DNA of 64,000 bases from Vairimorpha necatrix. Lineage: Eukaryota. The stretch covers positions 124,001-188,000 of the forward strand of contig CP142727.1 in NCBI GenBank assembly GCA_036630325.1, given 5' to 3'. The notes under the pieces were generated by a model. It ran no database searches and was not told the DNA's origin. It saw only the letters and a list, made by a program, of their open reading frames with translations. A program made the position numbers and the translations under genes. Of the stretch, positions 35,665-48,161 are shown piece after piece. Numbering within the stretch: the first letter of the stretch is position 1; each line of letters begins with the position of its first letter.

Positions 35665-37253
35665 AGTGACCGGAAGTTTCGTCCCGGTGGTAGGGGTTAA
35701 AAAAATAAAAAACTTGTTTTGTGTTTTTTTTTATTTTTTAACCCCTACCACCGGGACGAAACTTCCGAAAAAAAAAATAAAACTTTAATATTGCAATCAT
35801 TTCAAAGACAAAATCTGCACCAACCCCTTCATCCACAGTCTTATTCAAACAATCAGCTAGCCAATCTCTTTGTCAATGTATTTTTGTTTACGTTCAAAAA
35901 CATGATTTGAAACTGTTTGTTGTATTATCTTGATTCTAACTGTATCTTCTTCATCCTTTAACTTGCTCACTAATAGATAAAAACTGTAGCGACTAGTACC
36001 AAATGTGTTTTTAAAGGTATTATGCCAACCTATAATAGCATTATTCGTTCTTGGAAATCTATATCCATATTATTTCGCGCGTGCCACAAATTCGGCGGAA
36101 AACGTCATCCTAAATCAATATAATTTGTAAAGAAATAGCAATATAACTCAGTCAAGCATTCCGGAAAATTTCTGTCTTGTTTTAGTTCCAAAAAAGTAGA
36201 CAATATTTCGTCATATTCAACATATGCAAGTGCCGTAAGAGGCAAAACAAACCTTTTCACCATAGGTAAACACGTGATAAAAAAAAGTCCTGAACTTTTA
36301 ACACGCCTATCAATAGCCCGAGCTAAGTGAAAAAGACAACCTGAAATTTGACAATCCGGGAAAACTATAGAAAATGCCCTTATCGCAGCATACTCAAAAT
36401 CAGTTTTTATTAACCTTTGGTTGAGCTCTGGAAACCTTTTCTTTAACATTTGAAACAAAAAACAATAGGTTTTAAAACTTTTATCTTTCAAAATTGCAAA
36501 TATTATCGGGAATACATGCACATCACGGATAAAACCAATTGTGTAAAGTTGATAATATGGAATTGGAACCACCGCAAAGGTCCCATCCATCGCCTAAATG
36601 TCAAATAGAGCCAATTTTTTCATAGCCGAATCTGTATAAAAAATTATTATACTGTCATTGGGTTCGTCACTCCCGTACTTTTCAGGCCCATATCGATACC
36701 ATTGTTCGCCCGTATGACTGATTAATAAATCAACACATAAACCTAATTTTTGGTTGGCGTATGGTTTTGGATAAAAGGAATTCATCCGAGCATTCCTTAA
36801 TATCCTTGTAATAGGCTCAATAGGGCCCATTTCGGCGATCGTTTCTTCCCCAGCTCCTCTTAAGGCAGAAAAAGAAATGTTTCTAAGAGAATCTTTGGAG
36901 AGATAATTTCCCGTTTCATTTTATCTATTTTATTCTTTTTACAGACCAGTTCAGGATTTGGTTCATGATTATGAGCCGAAGAAATAAAAAAAGGATTCGA
37001 GTTTATCGACGTAAACAATACTACTAATGGCTTTGGCATTACAGCTTCGTACAATGCATCGCCACTTTATAGTATTTTTGTTGATTCTTTTTTTTCGTAA
37101 ATAAATAGAATTTCATCTATTATTTGATCCATATTCCTGTTGCTTTTAATGATCCTTTTTGTCCAGGTCATAGGGGTAAAAAATAAAAAAATAAAAAAGT
37201 TCGTTTTTTTTATTTTTTTAACCCCTAAAACCGGGACGAAAAAGCCGGGTACC
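35665..37253 (-). mobile_element. Mutator-like (MULE) DNA transposon with a disrupted transposase
   Basis: 9-bp TSD GTGCCTAAA at 35656-35664 and 37254-37262. Imperfect ~48-bp TIRs. Transposase pieces start at CCCCT-ATG (37171) and include WRC..C..HNH, DGTF, TDFEYAA, CLFH and RTNN..GWHN. Confidence 0.9.
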
Positions 37254-39082
37254 GTGCCTAAAGCCCAATAAGAAGCTGGGACAAATTTTAGCTCACTTTT
37301 CAGTGAGCTGCAATATTTAGACTCGAAATCAAAGTACAACAAAGCGTTCTCTTGAAACTTTTTAAACAACTGCTTTGTGAGAAAAATTATAACTTAAAAC
37401 GATATTTTTTCAGATGATTGGGTCTATCTCAAAAATATCAAAAAAGATCCATTTAAATTAGAACTAAAAACTTTTATAACTATAAAATCTCGCCGCTTTC
37501 GATAAAATCATTTACACATATTACACGATTTGATACTCTTCTTTTCTATCTGAGTGCGATTATTAATTGATTACTTTTTAATTGTTTGGTATTATCATGA
37601 ATCAAGAAAAAAAAAATTTTAAATAAATTTTATAATTAGATAATTTAATTTTTATCCTTTTATGTTTATGTCACAATTATTTTTTGTTGCTAATTAATAT
37701 CACAATAGTAATAGTGTAATTTTAATGACATAGAAAAGAATTAAAGACAAAACTAAATAGTCATACTTTATAAATCAAAACAAAATAACAAGTTACAAAA
37801 AATATCAGTTTAAAAAATGTTATATATAATATATATTTTTTACAGGCACATATCTATGAAAAATAATGATATTCCCAAGCAAACAAAGTTTCTCGATTTT
37901 ATTTCGATAATTTGACACACAATAAGCATATTAATACATCAGGCACAAGATTTTTTAAGAAATGCTTTGTAATCAGTACTAGATATATTTTAATACATAA
38001 TATCTATAATTACATATTTGCTTATAAAGTAGAAATACTTTTGCTTTTGAAATGTATTATCATAGAAAGAAGAACGTATACGCAGTTATGAAAATTCCAT
38101 TTTAAAAAGCCATATTTTTTTAAAAAATTAAAACTTTTATGTTTAGCATTTCAAAATTAATATGACCATACCTCTAAAATATCAAAAAAGCAAAAAACAT
38201 GACAAAATACAAGTTTATTTATAAAAAAAAAGTGATATTGAATAAAAATAACAAAAGAACAAACAATAGTAGTCTTAGCAATGTCTTAAAGCAACGATAG
38301 AATGAATTATTTACTTTAGACACACGAGAATCAAAAAACTAGTATTATTGAATATCGGGTTTTTTGTAATATTTCATTAACTAAACAATATCTAAGTGGA
38401 GATAAAAAAATTAGTTCTACTTGGTTGGGTTACATAACTTAGGATTCATTAAGATAATATATGCCACGTAATTATATAATTTTATTGATGAGTTGTAACT
38501 GTGTATATAAATGTATTTTGTTCTTAAAAACAAGCGCCCATAAGAAATATCAAGATTTAAAAATCCTATAGCTCGAACAACTATAATAAATCATGTTATA
38601 TATTTAAAATTATACTTTAAACAAACAATAAAGTTAAATTTTGTTCGTCTAAACATTAAAATTTGAAATATTTAGGTAAAACTAGAAAAGATATTTAACT
38701 ATTATCATTATAAATTATAAACGTATCTAAAATTTAACAGTTATACTATTTATAAAATTTTGCTTAAATTTTTGCTGAATACATATAATGTGCATCTTTT
38801 AATGTATACACATAGTAATATAGAAAAATAAATAATTAGCTATTCCCGCTTGAAAAAAAAACGTTACCGATTCTTGTATTTAATATTGTTCTAAATTAAC
38901 GTTTTATATTTTCTTGTGGTAAAATATTATTAAACATTTGTCTTAAGAATTTATTTTGAATAAAACGCACTCATGGTATAGAAGAGCACATAAAATATTG
39001 TATATACTAGATAATTTTATTAAGCTACTATATTAATTTCAATATTGAATAATTCTTAAATTTTGCTATACATATAATTTTA

Positions 39083-40229
39083 GGCTCTACTAGGAAAATC
39101 GCCCCCCCTAGTAAAACCCGCATAGAAAAAAAAAATTTATTTCTTTAAAATTAAAAAACCTCTCGATTTTGTACTTTTTTGCATATTTTTTTTCTAGGGG
39201 GGGCGATTTTCAAAGCAATGGTATTTTTTTCACTTTTCTTTCACATTTTTCTTACCCTTCATGTTAGGGAGAATACTGGAAAAGGTAGAAGAACTCGATC
39301 CTTGGAATCCTATATTCCAAGATAATGATCTCGCAATTGCCCTTTTGGTAGAATTGGGAATAATAAAGCCTACCATTCCATGTGTCTCAAAATCATGTCA
39401 TGGAAACATGTCAATCGCTAGTGTTTCTTCCTTTATTGATGGGAAGGGGTACATATGTAAAATAAAAAAGTGCAAAAGAAAATGTAGTTTGAAAAAAGCA
39501 CAAAATGGTGTTTATATTGTTGGATCTTTTCTTACTCAAATTATCAAGCTATCAATTTTTGTAAAATAGCCGAGTCCACGTTCATTGAATTTAAAAACAT
39601 TCTAATTGACATTATAAGCGAGACTCCTTTCGATATAGAACAGATAGGGGAGAAAACACAAGGGCACAAGTCGATGAAGCTGCAGTATGCAATGGCTTAG
39701 TGATTGAAATTCCGTCATCTCTACACGACGATACTTCTAATATACAGTGGATACTTGGAGGAGTTGTAGAAGGTGATGGAACTAATTTTTTTGTTTCATT
39801 AATTCCTAACAGAAAGCATGAAACTTTACTAGAAGCGTTTAAAAAACATTTACTTCCTGGAACTATTATTGTTACTGATGGATACCCATCTTACCTAAAG
39901 CAGTGGCCAATTTTGGATCTGAGCATGAGATAGTAAATCATAGCATAGGGTTTGTAAACAACGAGGGAGGGCATACAAATCAGATTGAAAATTTATGGTA
40001 CCACTTAAAACACGATTATAGAAAAAGAAGTGGATTAAATCATGACCGTATCATTAAATTTTTAGAAGAATTTTCTTGGCGTAAGAGACATTGCCAATAT
40101 AAAAAAAAATATTCAATTCCTCATGCATTTGCTCTACTTTTACAAAATTGCATAGTTATCTAATAAAAATTCCATAAATTTTAAATAATTTTTTTTTTTT
40201 TGGGGGGGGGCGATTTTCCCAGTAGCGCC
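39083..40229 (+). mobile_element. Merlin (IS1016/IS1595-like) DNA transposon with a frameshifted transposase
   Basis: TIRs GGCTCTACTAGGAAAATCGCCCCCCC / GGGGGGGCGATTTTCCCAGTAGCGCC. ORF pieces 39261-40163 have an N-terminal Cys cluster, QVDE, WILGGV, IVTDGYPSY, VNHS and HTNQIENLW. TSD imperfect. Confidence 0.88.
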
Positions 40230-41569
40230 AATTTTTTTTCTGATAAACCAAATTATGTCCTCGCTTATTTACGCTACAGCATACATTTCTTACTATAGAC
40301 ACTTTAAAACATATATATGTATTTGACAGTATATATTTCATTTTACTTTTACAATAGTCTTACAAAGCTTTATCTTATAATATAGTATTTGTACATCATC
40401 GAGAATTTAACACAGAGATATCGCTGATTAGTCAATTTAATACAAAATTTTATAATTAAATACCGCCCTTAAAATTAGAACATCATAGTATTTAATAAAT
40501 TAGAATGATTTTATATTACTTTATATACCTCAAATACGTTTTAAAAGTTTTATTAAATTTTACATTTGTTGTGTCATCCTAGTGCATTAGTTTAGAATAC
40601 TTGATCTAATTTGCAGATCAGTAGTCACTTAGTAAAAAAAAATTTGCATATTACAAGTACAAGATAATTATGAAAGATTGGAATATATATATATCAGTCA
40701 CTAGTAGAAACTTACAAGTTAAAACAATGTCTAGACAATCAATTCTCAAAAAAAGTAATAATAATATATTTATAAAAAAATCATAAACGGAAGCACTTTA
40801 TTCATCATACAAAGCAGTAAATTTTTTTCAAAAAGAAAAAAACAAAATCAATATATTAAATTTTAAGTAAATTTCAATTAAAAACATTATATATACTATT
40901 TAACATAAATTACGTGGTATAAAATGATTAAACTTCAATATCTAAAAAAAATATTTTGCTTCGGCTCCATATAATGATATAATGTTTATATGTTTTTAAA
41001 ATGTAAATTATTGTAATTTGAAATTAATATGAACATAATAATATATTATGATTACTATGGTTGCATATATTTTATGCAACGATTTGTTTAGATTCGTTTT
41101 TTTTTGTAACATAGCTTTAAATATGGTCAGAATCGTTTTTTTAAAAATTTTATAACTCCCAAAAGATTGCAAAAAAAACGTGCAATATAATTGGCAAAAT
41201 AAATAAAATTACGATTATAAATTAGACCAAATACAGTTTTAAATCTCCTCCCTATTTCTTTAAAAATTGAATTACCACTACCATCTAATTTTGATTAAAA
41301 AAATTTGCATGCTAAAAATTTCATATTTTCTCTGTTTAATAATTTTCCTTAAACAAAAGATGAATTTCTACCAAAATAATAATTAAGTAGATGAATAAAA
41401 TAATTTTGTTTAAAGACCATTAAATTATACAAATAATAAGAGTTGGGTTAACTCGTTTTATAAACAAAGAATGCTTAAATCTCAAGTTATTTTAATTTAT
41501 ATCGCTTTTTTTAATGATAAAAAACAAAATCAGCATTCTAAATTTGATGGTTTTTTTACCTTTATATAT

Positions 41570-42460
41570 ATGCTACAAATTATTTTGTTTGTTAGTAGTC
41601 TCACATTAGGAAATAATAACAATAATTTATGAGAGGATAGAATATCCTGAAAATGATTGGCTCGACAAAACAAAAGACGATGACAAAAACTACTTCAAAG
41701 TAAAATTAAAACCAATAAATGAAAGCTCTTTCCCCAATAAAAGAACAAAAGCGATATTAAGTGATACTGATAACAAAACATATCAATCAAATCGGCAAAC
41801 TACTTACTAAAATTCTTTAGGAATATTAAGATATGCAATCATAAAAATATTTCATTAATAAAGAAACTATATGCTATAATAGACGTGTAAAATGTTTTCA
41901 TAGTTTTTTTGGACCAATGGGAGGCCGACAATCTAGAAATACAAAATACCACTATAAATATTAAATTTGAAAACGATGATTACAAAAAATATAATTAAAA
42001 AATGAAATAAAACGTAATCGGTCGAAGGATTAGAAGGAATATTAAACGATTATAAAACAAAAAATTAGGCAAAAAGATGAAAACCCATCGTCACAAAAAA
42101 AATACAAACAAAAAATAACTAAAAACATATGTTTTATGTCTTGAGCTATGAAATATTATGGATCATTGATGCCGCAATCTAAAAAATAACAGGTATATTA
42201 CAAAGAACTAATAGAATACTATACTTTAATAAGCTATAGATTACCATTCTATTTGACTATTTTGACTTATGTGAGAGATTTAATGATTTTATGAAGTAAT
42301 AATTGAGCAGTACATATAAATAGCAGATTATACCAACAACATGATACAAACATTAATTGAAATGTCCAAAAAAATAACATTACAATAAAAAATCGTACTA
42401 CAAATCTGCAAAACATATAAGAAATAATAAAATTGCTTAAAAAGTCAAATAAAAAGTATT
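41570..42460 (+). pseudogene. Family A pseudogene
   Basis: MLQIILFVSSLTLGNNNNNL then TGA. Relic YNRRVKCFHSF, QWEADNLEI, AMKYYG and YRLPF..DYFDLC with many stops and frameshifts. End approximate. Confidence 0.75.
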
Positions 42461-43586
42461 TAAATACCCCTTATTATAAAACGTAAAAAGGTATTTTGTT
42501 TATTTTGTCACTTGTTTTTTCGCAGTTTTGTAATATCTAAACTTCTTATTTTTTATTTTTGCATAAAAATGAACCTAGAGCAGCAGTTTATCAATTTTGA
42601 TTGCTTATACACCCTGACACAAAAAAAAAATATATGGTAAAAATTCACTTTAGTAAATCTAGGATCAAATAAAAAGCAAGATTCGTTTTTAAATTTTCAA
42701 AAACAATAACAACAAGACGAATTACATAAATGTGAAAATGCAATAAGTCAAATATTGCAATAGAATTTTTATACTTATTTATTGTGTATTATAAAAAATT
42801 TTAAAACATGTGGATGCAATCTTTTGCGCAATAAAAATTTCTAATATTTAAAAGATCATAATTTCTCCTAAAAAGAGGAAATTTTAAAAACCATTATTAA
42901 AACAAGGAGCTCTAATTTTTTACGTTTTATAAAGACCAATAAAAAAATGCACATAACATTATGTATTTGTAATCTTTTATGATTGTATGATACTTTAATT
43001 CTAAGATAAAATTAATATGGAACTTATATTTTTTTACATCGCAATATATAAAGAAATTTCTTTAAGTTCTTACAATTTATTTTAGTTTTGAATCAACTTA
43101 ATTGCCATTCTAAATTTTTTAAAATTTTTTTTTGGTTTGAACTTAAAGGAACAATTTGATAAATAATTTTATTAAGCTTTATGTTAATATGTTTCATTTT
43201 AGTTTTTTTCCTAAAAACAATTCAAATTATAGTCAAAATTGGTTTTAGATTTATTTAATTTTTTTAGTAAAAATTCCAAAAACAATTAACCATTAAAAAT
43301 AATATTTTACAAATAAAAAAAGCAATAATATTATTTTAGAATTATGGAAATTGTCTTGATAATTTTATAACTGTTTTTAAATCAATTTTATTGTATAAAT
43401 CGAATTTAAAAGTTTTTTTCAAGATCATATTTTCACTTTTTGTTTTTTTACCAATAAAAGTAAATGCAAAAAATTAAAGAGGTAAATTACATAAAAAATC
43501 ATGTGAAAATTCGCATTAAAATATAGATCAAGCACTAGTGATAAATTAATTTTTGAATATGGACAAATTTTTTGACCCCCATATTA

Positions 43587-44458
43587 ATGCTGCAAAATAT
43601 TTTGTTCGTTGTCAATCTTGCACAAGGAAATAATGACAATAATATATGGAGAGGACGGGATGATCCTTAAAAAAATGAGCTTAATGAATTGAAAAATAAT
43701 GACAAAAAAATCATAAAGTAACCCCAAGATTATCAAATACTACCGCAAGTAATACAATTGACAAAATAGATCAATCAAATCAATTGGTCGAAGTACAAAA
43801 ATTCGTTGGCAATTTGAAATGCCTTAATAAAGAAAATGACATAAATATAAAAAATGAGGATTACTGTAAACGTATAAATTGGTTTTTTAGTATTTTGGAT
43901 AAATGGGAGGCCGCTGGAATAGAAGTACCAATTACCTCTATTGATATTCAATTTGGAGACATTGATGACGAAAAATATAAAAAAAAAATGAAAGCTACAT
44001 GTAAATGGACGGCGAAATATATAAAAATATACAACTATTATATTCCGAAAATTAAAATTGAGATAGAAAATTCATTGTTACAAGGAGAATGCAAATATTA
44101 TATATTAGTACAACTATATCATATATCTCGAGCCATGGAATATTTTGAATTGATTATGCCGTACAATTTAAATTACAAAAATAATTACAAAGAATTAATT
44201 TTTAAGTATAATTTGATAAGGTATAGATTACCTTATCTATTTAAATATTTTGACTTATGTAAAAGATTCATAGATTTAATTGAAGTAATTATAGAGTTTT
44301 ACATACAAAAATTAGATAATACTAGCAACATTACACAAATATTACTTGAAATGTCTAAAGAAATATTTTTTATAGTAAATAATTGTAAGAAATATTACAA
44401 AAATATTAATGAAATGACTAAATTGCTTGAGACTTATGAAGAAAATATAATTGAATAA
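43587..44458 (+). pseudogene. Family A gene with a disrupted N-terminus; C-terminal 224 codons remain open
   Basis: CCCCCATATTA-ATG at 43587 (MLQNILFVV..) hits TAA at 43668. The downstream ORF (43784..44458) is in another frame and retains ISRAMEYFE and YRLPYLFKYFDL. Confidence 0.75.
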
Positions 44459-44970
44459 AATTTTTTACATATAACATGTTTAATTATTTTTTATTGTTAT
44501 TCCTTCTAATTGCAGTTTTGTAATATCTCAAGCATTGTTTTTTAATTCATTTATAAATACCAAATATAATTAAATATGCCCTTCACCACTTATAATGCCT
44601 ATAATTTACTCCCCAAAATATATTTTTGTTTGCGATTATTAAAATAGATCTAACTATCGGTAGAATAGTTATATGATTTTTTAACCCTTATATAAAAATT
44701 GTAAAAATTTTTAACCATCTAAAATTAAACATGTATAAAAAAAACTTTTTAAACGTGAATTCTCGGTTAAAAAATTAACTCGTTGGATCCTAAAACTATT
44801 TTCATAACAACTTTGCTTAAAAACTGCGAGTATTTTCCAATATTGTTTTAAATTCTAAAAAACAGCGTTTGAAAAGTCGAATTTCAAAAATTATAAAAAT
44901 GCAGAAAATGAAAAAATAAATCCTGTTGTTAATAGCAGAAAAAATTACGTAGGTTTTTATAATATATTTT

Positions 44971-47571
44971 TTAATATACCAATTGGACCAATATTGCTAT
45001 AGAAGGTAGCCAAATATCACATTGTTGGTTTTTGATTTCCGAACATTCATCCACTATGCCTCTCACTTTAGTTTTTATCGATGTTTTATCCATCTCAGAA
45101 TTTATGATTTCCAAAATTTGATTCATTCTACTCAATAAAGTCATTGATAAATCGTTTTTATTGGTCTGTTGAAAGACTTGAAATCTTCGTACAGCATCTT
45201 TAATTTTATTGCCTACAATGAGATTATTTTTTTTGCTGGCTTTTTCTTTGAGAGATTCGAAAACTTCTTCAAATTTCTTGGACAAATAAATCGCGTCAAA
45301 ATTCGTTTGAATATTTTCTTCCGTATTTCTGGTATTATTAGAAGATGGAGTTTGGTTTACTGGTTGGGGAATAACTGGAGACTTATTAAATGGTTTTGGT
45401 ATACTTGATACATTAGATTGAGGAGGTGATTGAACAGGTTTCTGTTGTCCATAAGTAGAGACTGATGTATCTGGCTTTGTACTAAATGAAGTCGCGCTTC
45501 TATTGAATACTCCGGAGTATAAACTTTTCTTAGGTGGCGCAGGCTTGTTCAATGTTTGCGGCGATGTTTCAGTCGTTGGCTTAGTAGAAAAGGCAGTGAC
45601 GCTTTTATTTGGCACACCATACAAAGGCTTCTGGGAAGATGTTTCGGGCACAGGTTTAGTAGAAAAAGAGGCCACGCTTTTATTCGGGGCGCCATATAAT
45701 GGAGGACGCACGGGCGCAGGTGAAGCTTCGGGCACTTTTTTCTGTTCTTGTTGGACTTTATTTTCAATTATTGGCTTACGCATTGGCGCAGTGAGAGTGA
45801 CGTTGCTTAATTTTTTCTCTACTTCGTCCACTTTTTTATACGTTTCTTGTTCTTTTCCAATATAATTTCTGATAATTTCGTCTTTAAAATTAAAGTCTTT
45901 CATTTCTCCAAACATATTGTGACTGATCGCATACCAAAAATATTCATTTATAATCGGGTTATCGTATGAATTATTAAGTTTTTTCAAACTAAAAATTTCA
46001 TTTCCATATTTTCCAAAGAAATCTTTTACATCAAATATTTTATCTGGTAGGTCAGTTGAAATATTTCTACTATTGAAATATTCTTTAGAATCGTTATAAA
46101 TCAAATTAAGAATTGGAATTTTAAAATATTCAGAAATATTTCTAATAATTTCTAAAACTTTTCCATTATTCAAATCCGAGTATAAAAGTATTGCGATCAT
46201 AATCGTCCATTGGTCAGATGAAATTTTTTTCCAAAATTCTTCATATTCTTTATTCACAGCCAGACACACTAAAAACTCCAAAGAATCTGCAGGGTCAACT
46301 TTGTTATTTTTTATCATCAAGTCAATTACAAAATTTAAATTTATTTTTTTTTCATTAAAAATTTTTACATCCTCAAAATTTTTTGTTATTAAATTTTTTA
46401 CAACATCGTCTTGCAAATCAAAAATAAAACCTTCATTTTTAATACTAGATTTAGGAAATATATTTCTATTTTCTAAAAATAATTTCCCAATTTCTTTTCT
46501 CGAATTTTCGTCAAATTTAAATTCTTCTTCTGAATATAAAATATCGATAATTTTCTTTTCTATATTTTCTTCTACATTTATTTTTAATGGGCTTGTGTTT
46601 ATTTTATAAATTTCTGGACCTACGATTTTATTATTAATTTGTAAATGAGCTTTTCCTAGATTAAAATTTTTACAAAGGTTACTAAATACTTCTGTAGTGC
46701 CACTGTTGTATGAAGAACAATAAATTGGATCTTTTTTACTAAAACTGATATCAAATGCATTTTCCGTGTTTATTTTCTCTTTGATTTCAAATGTATCCAC
46801 GTTTATGTATTTGATTTCATTGTCGCTGCAACAAACTGCAGTGTCTTGATTTAAAATGTCAAAATTTATTGTTGGAGACTTAAATTTCCCAATTTTAGTC
46901 AAACTATTAGATTCAAGTTTAAAACAAGCAAGATCATTTAAATTTGATGATGCGAAAATTGTAGTACTACATTTAGGATGCCATTTTATATTATTTATAT
47001 CTTTTATATCTTTGCTTTGTAATGTTTTTACTATTTCTTTAGCTCTTAAATCTAAAATTAATATGTTCCCAGTAGCTGTGCCTACAGCCAAAATTCTTGA
47101 AACTTGGTTGTTCCAAGCCAAGCAAGTTATATTTTCTTCTATAGGAATATCACATTTATATTGTTGATCTAATTTGTCTAGATTTAGAAATACTAAATTT
47201 CCATTTGCAGATCCTGCCGCTATTACATTTTTATTTTTGTTAAAATCAAGGCCTAGTACTTTGCCAGTAAGCCCTTCAAAATTTTTTATAAGTTTGAAGC
47301 TATCAGAAGTTTCAGATAAATCTGAACATGGTTCAAATAAAGACATAGTGCCATTTGTATGACCAGAAGCGAGTAAATTTTCGCACCACTCTACTTTACA
47401 ATATTCTACGTCTGTTTGTAGTGGAGTATAATGAACATTATGCGCATAATCATAAAGACTTAGTTCGGAATTAAGCGTGAATTTCGAGTCAATAATTTTC
47501 CCTTTACTTGCCAGTGCAAGATATGGCTTGTTTTTGGAGAAAGTGGTTAAGTAACTTTTATTAAATATCAT
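44971..47571 (-). CDS. SEC31: COPII outer-coat protein Sec31 (~866 aa)
   Basis: N-terminal WD40 repeats (VLGLDFN..IAAGS, ITCLAWNNQVSRILA, IKWHP), helical middle, Pro-rich region and C-terminal helical domain (KIKDAVRRF...WLPSI). ATG at 47571 after CCCCCAC. Confidence 0.85.
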   Translation of the reverse strand: MIFNKSYLTTFSKNKPYLALASKGKIIDSKFTLNSELSLYDYAHNVHYTPLQTDVEYCKVEWCENLLASGHTNGTMSLFEPCSDLSETSDSFKLIKNFEGLTGKVLGLDFNKNKNVIAAGSANGNLVFLNLDKLDQQYKCDIPIEENITCLAWNNQVSRILAVGTATGNILILDLRAKEIVKTLQSKDIKDINNIKWHPKCSTTIFASSNLNDLACFKLESNSLTKIGKFKSPTINFDILNQDTAVCCSDNEIKYINVDTFEIKEKINTENAFDISFSKKDPIYCSSYNSGTTEVFSNLCKNFNLGKAHLQINNKIVGPEIYKINTSPLKINVEENIEKKIIDILYSEEEFKFDENSRKEIGKLFLENRNIFPKSSIKNEGFIFDLQDDVVKNLITKNFEDVKIFNEKKINLNFVIDLMIKNNKVDPADSLEFLVCLAVNKEYEEFWKKISSDQWTIMIAILLYSDLNNGKVLEIIRNISEYFKIPILNLIYNDSKEYFNSRNISTDLPDKIFDVKDFFGKYGNEIFSLKKLNNSYDNPIINEYFWYAISHNMFGEMKDFNFKDEIIRNYIGKEQETYKKVDEVEKKLSNVTLTAPMRKPIIENKVQQEQKKVPEASPAPVRPPLYGAPNKSVASFSTKPVPETSSQKPLYGVPNKSVTAFSTKPTTETSPQTLNKPAPPKKSLYSGVFNRSATSFSTKPDTSVSTYGQQKPVQSPPQSNVSSIPKPFNKSPVIPQPVNQTPSSNNTRNTEENIQTNFDAIYLSKKFEEVFESLKEKASKKNNLIVGNKIKDAVRRFQVFQQTNKNDLSMTLLSRMNQILEIINSEMDKTSIKTKVRGIVDECSEIKNQQCDIWLPSIAILVQLVY

Positions 47572-47728
47572 GTGGGGGTAAAAAAACAATAATTTTTTAA
47601 AAATAAATTTACAAAATAAATAAATGAGTAAAATATAGAAAAGTATTTAGATTCTTAGAAAACCTGAGATATATTTATAATATTTCTATTTTCTCTTCAT
47701 TTCTTTGATTTTCTTTTTTCCTCCCTTA

Positions 47729-47971
47729 ATGGCCGATCACTTTACAGCTTTGCTAAATTCCAGATTATCAAAAATAATGGAAAAATATAAAGACGTAGAT
47801 GACTCATGTGATCCTTCAATAGACTTGGAAACAGGGCTAGTGTACGATTATGAAAGCGAACATGACAGCATTGAAGATATCTCAGACCACGAGAAAGAAT
47901 TTGAGAGAATTTATAATTTAGAATTTGTTGTTGACAATTTTTATGATCTTTACGAATTGCTTTTTGAATGA
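47729..47971 (+). CDS. Small acidic protein (80 aa) with an Scm3/HJURP-like N-terminal motif
   Basis: CTCCCTTA-ATG. The segment LNSRLSKIMEKY..D...IDLETG resembles the fungal Scm3 pattern (L.SR...I..KY...D.IDL.TG). Confidence 0.62.
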   Translation: MADHFTALLNSRLSKIMEKYKDVDDSCDPSIDLETGLVYDYESEHDSIEDISDHEKEFERIYNLEFVVDNFYDLYELLFE

Positions 47972-48161
47972 GCCTAAAAAATATTGAGCCATTCCACATT
48001 TTACAAATGTTTCTTATTCTAGTAACATAGAGTATTTCATCTTTATTCCACTAAAATGATCTCATTATTTCTTTAACTTTTTTAAGTGCCAATTTCAATA
48101 AATTTTGTTTTTTGTTAAAATAAAATATGTTGTTTTCTTATTTGTTTATATTTTGCCCTTC

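Noticed and set aside
37067-37369. 100-aa ORF as a standalone gene
   Set aside because: It runs across the MULE TSD and TIR. Only the part from the ATG at 37171 is the frameshifted transposase start.
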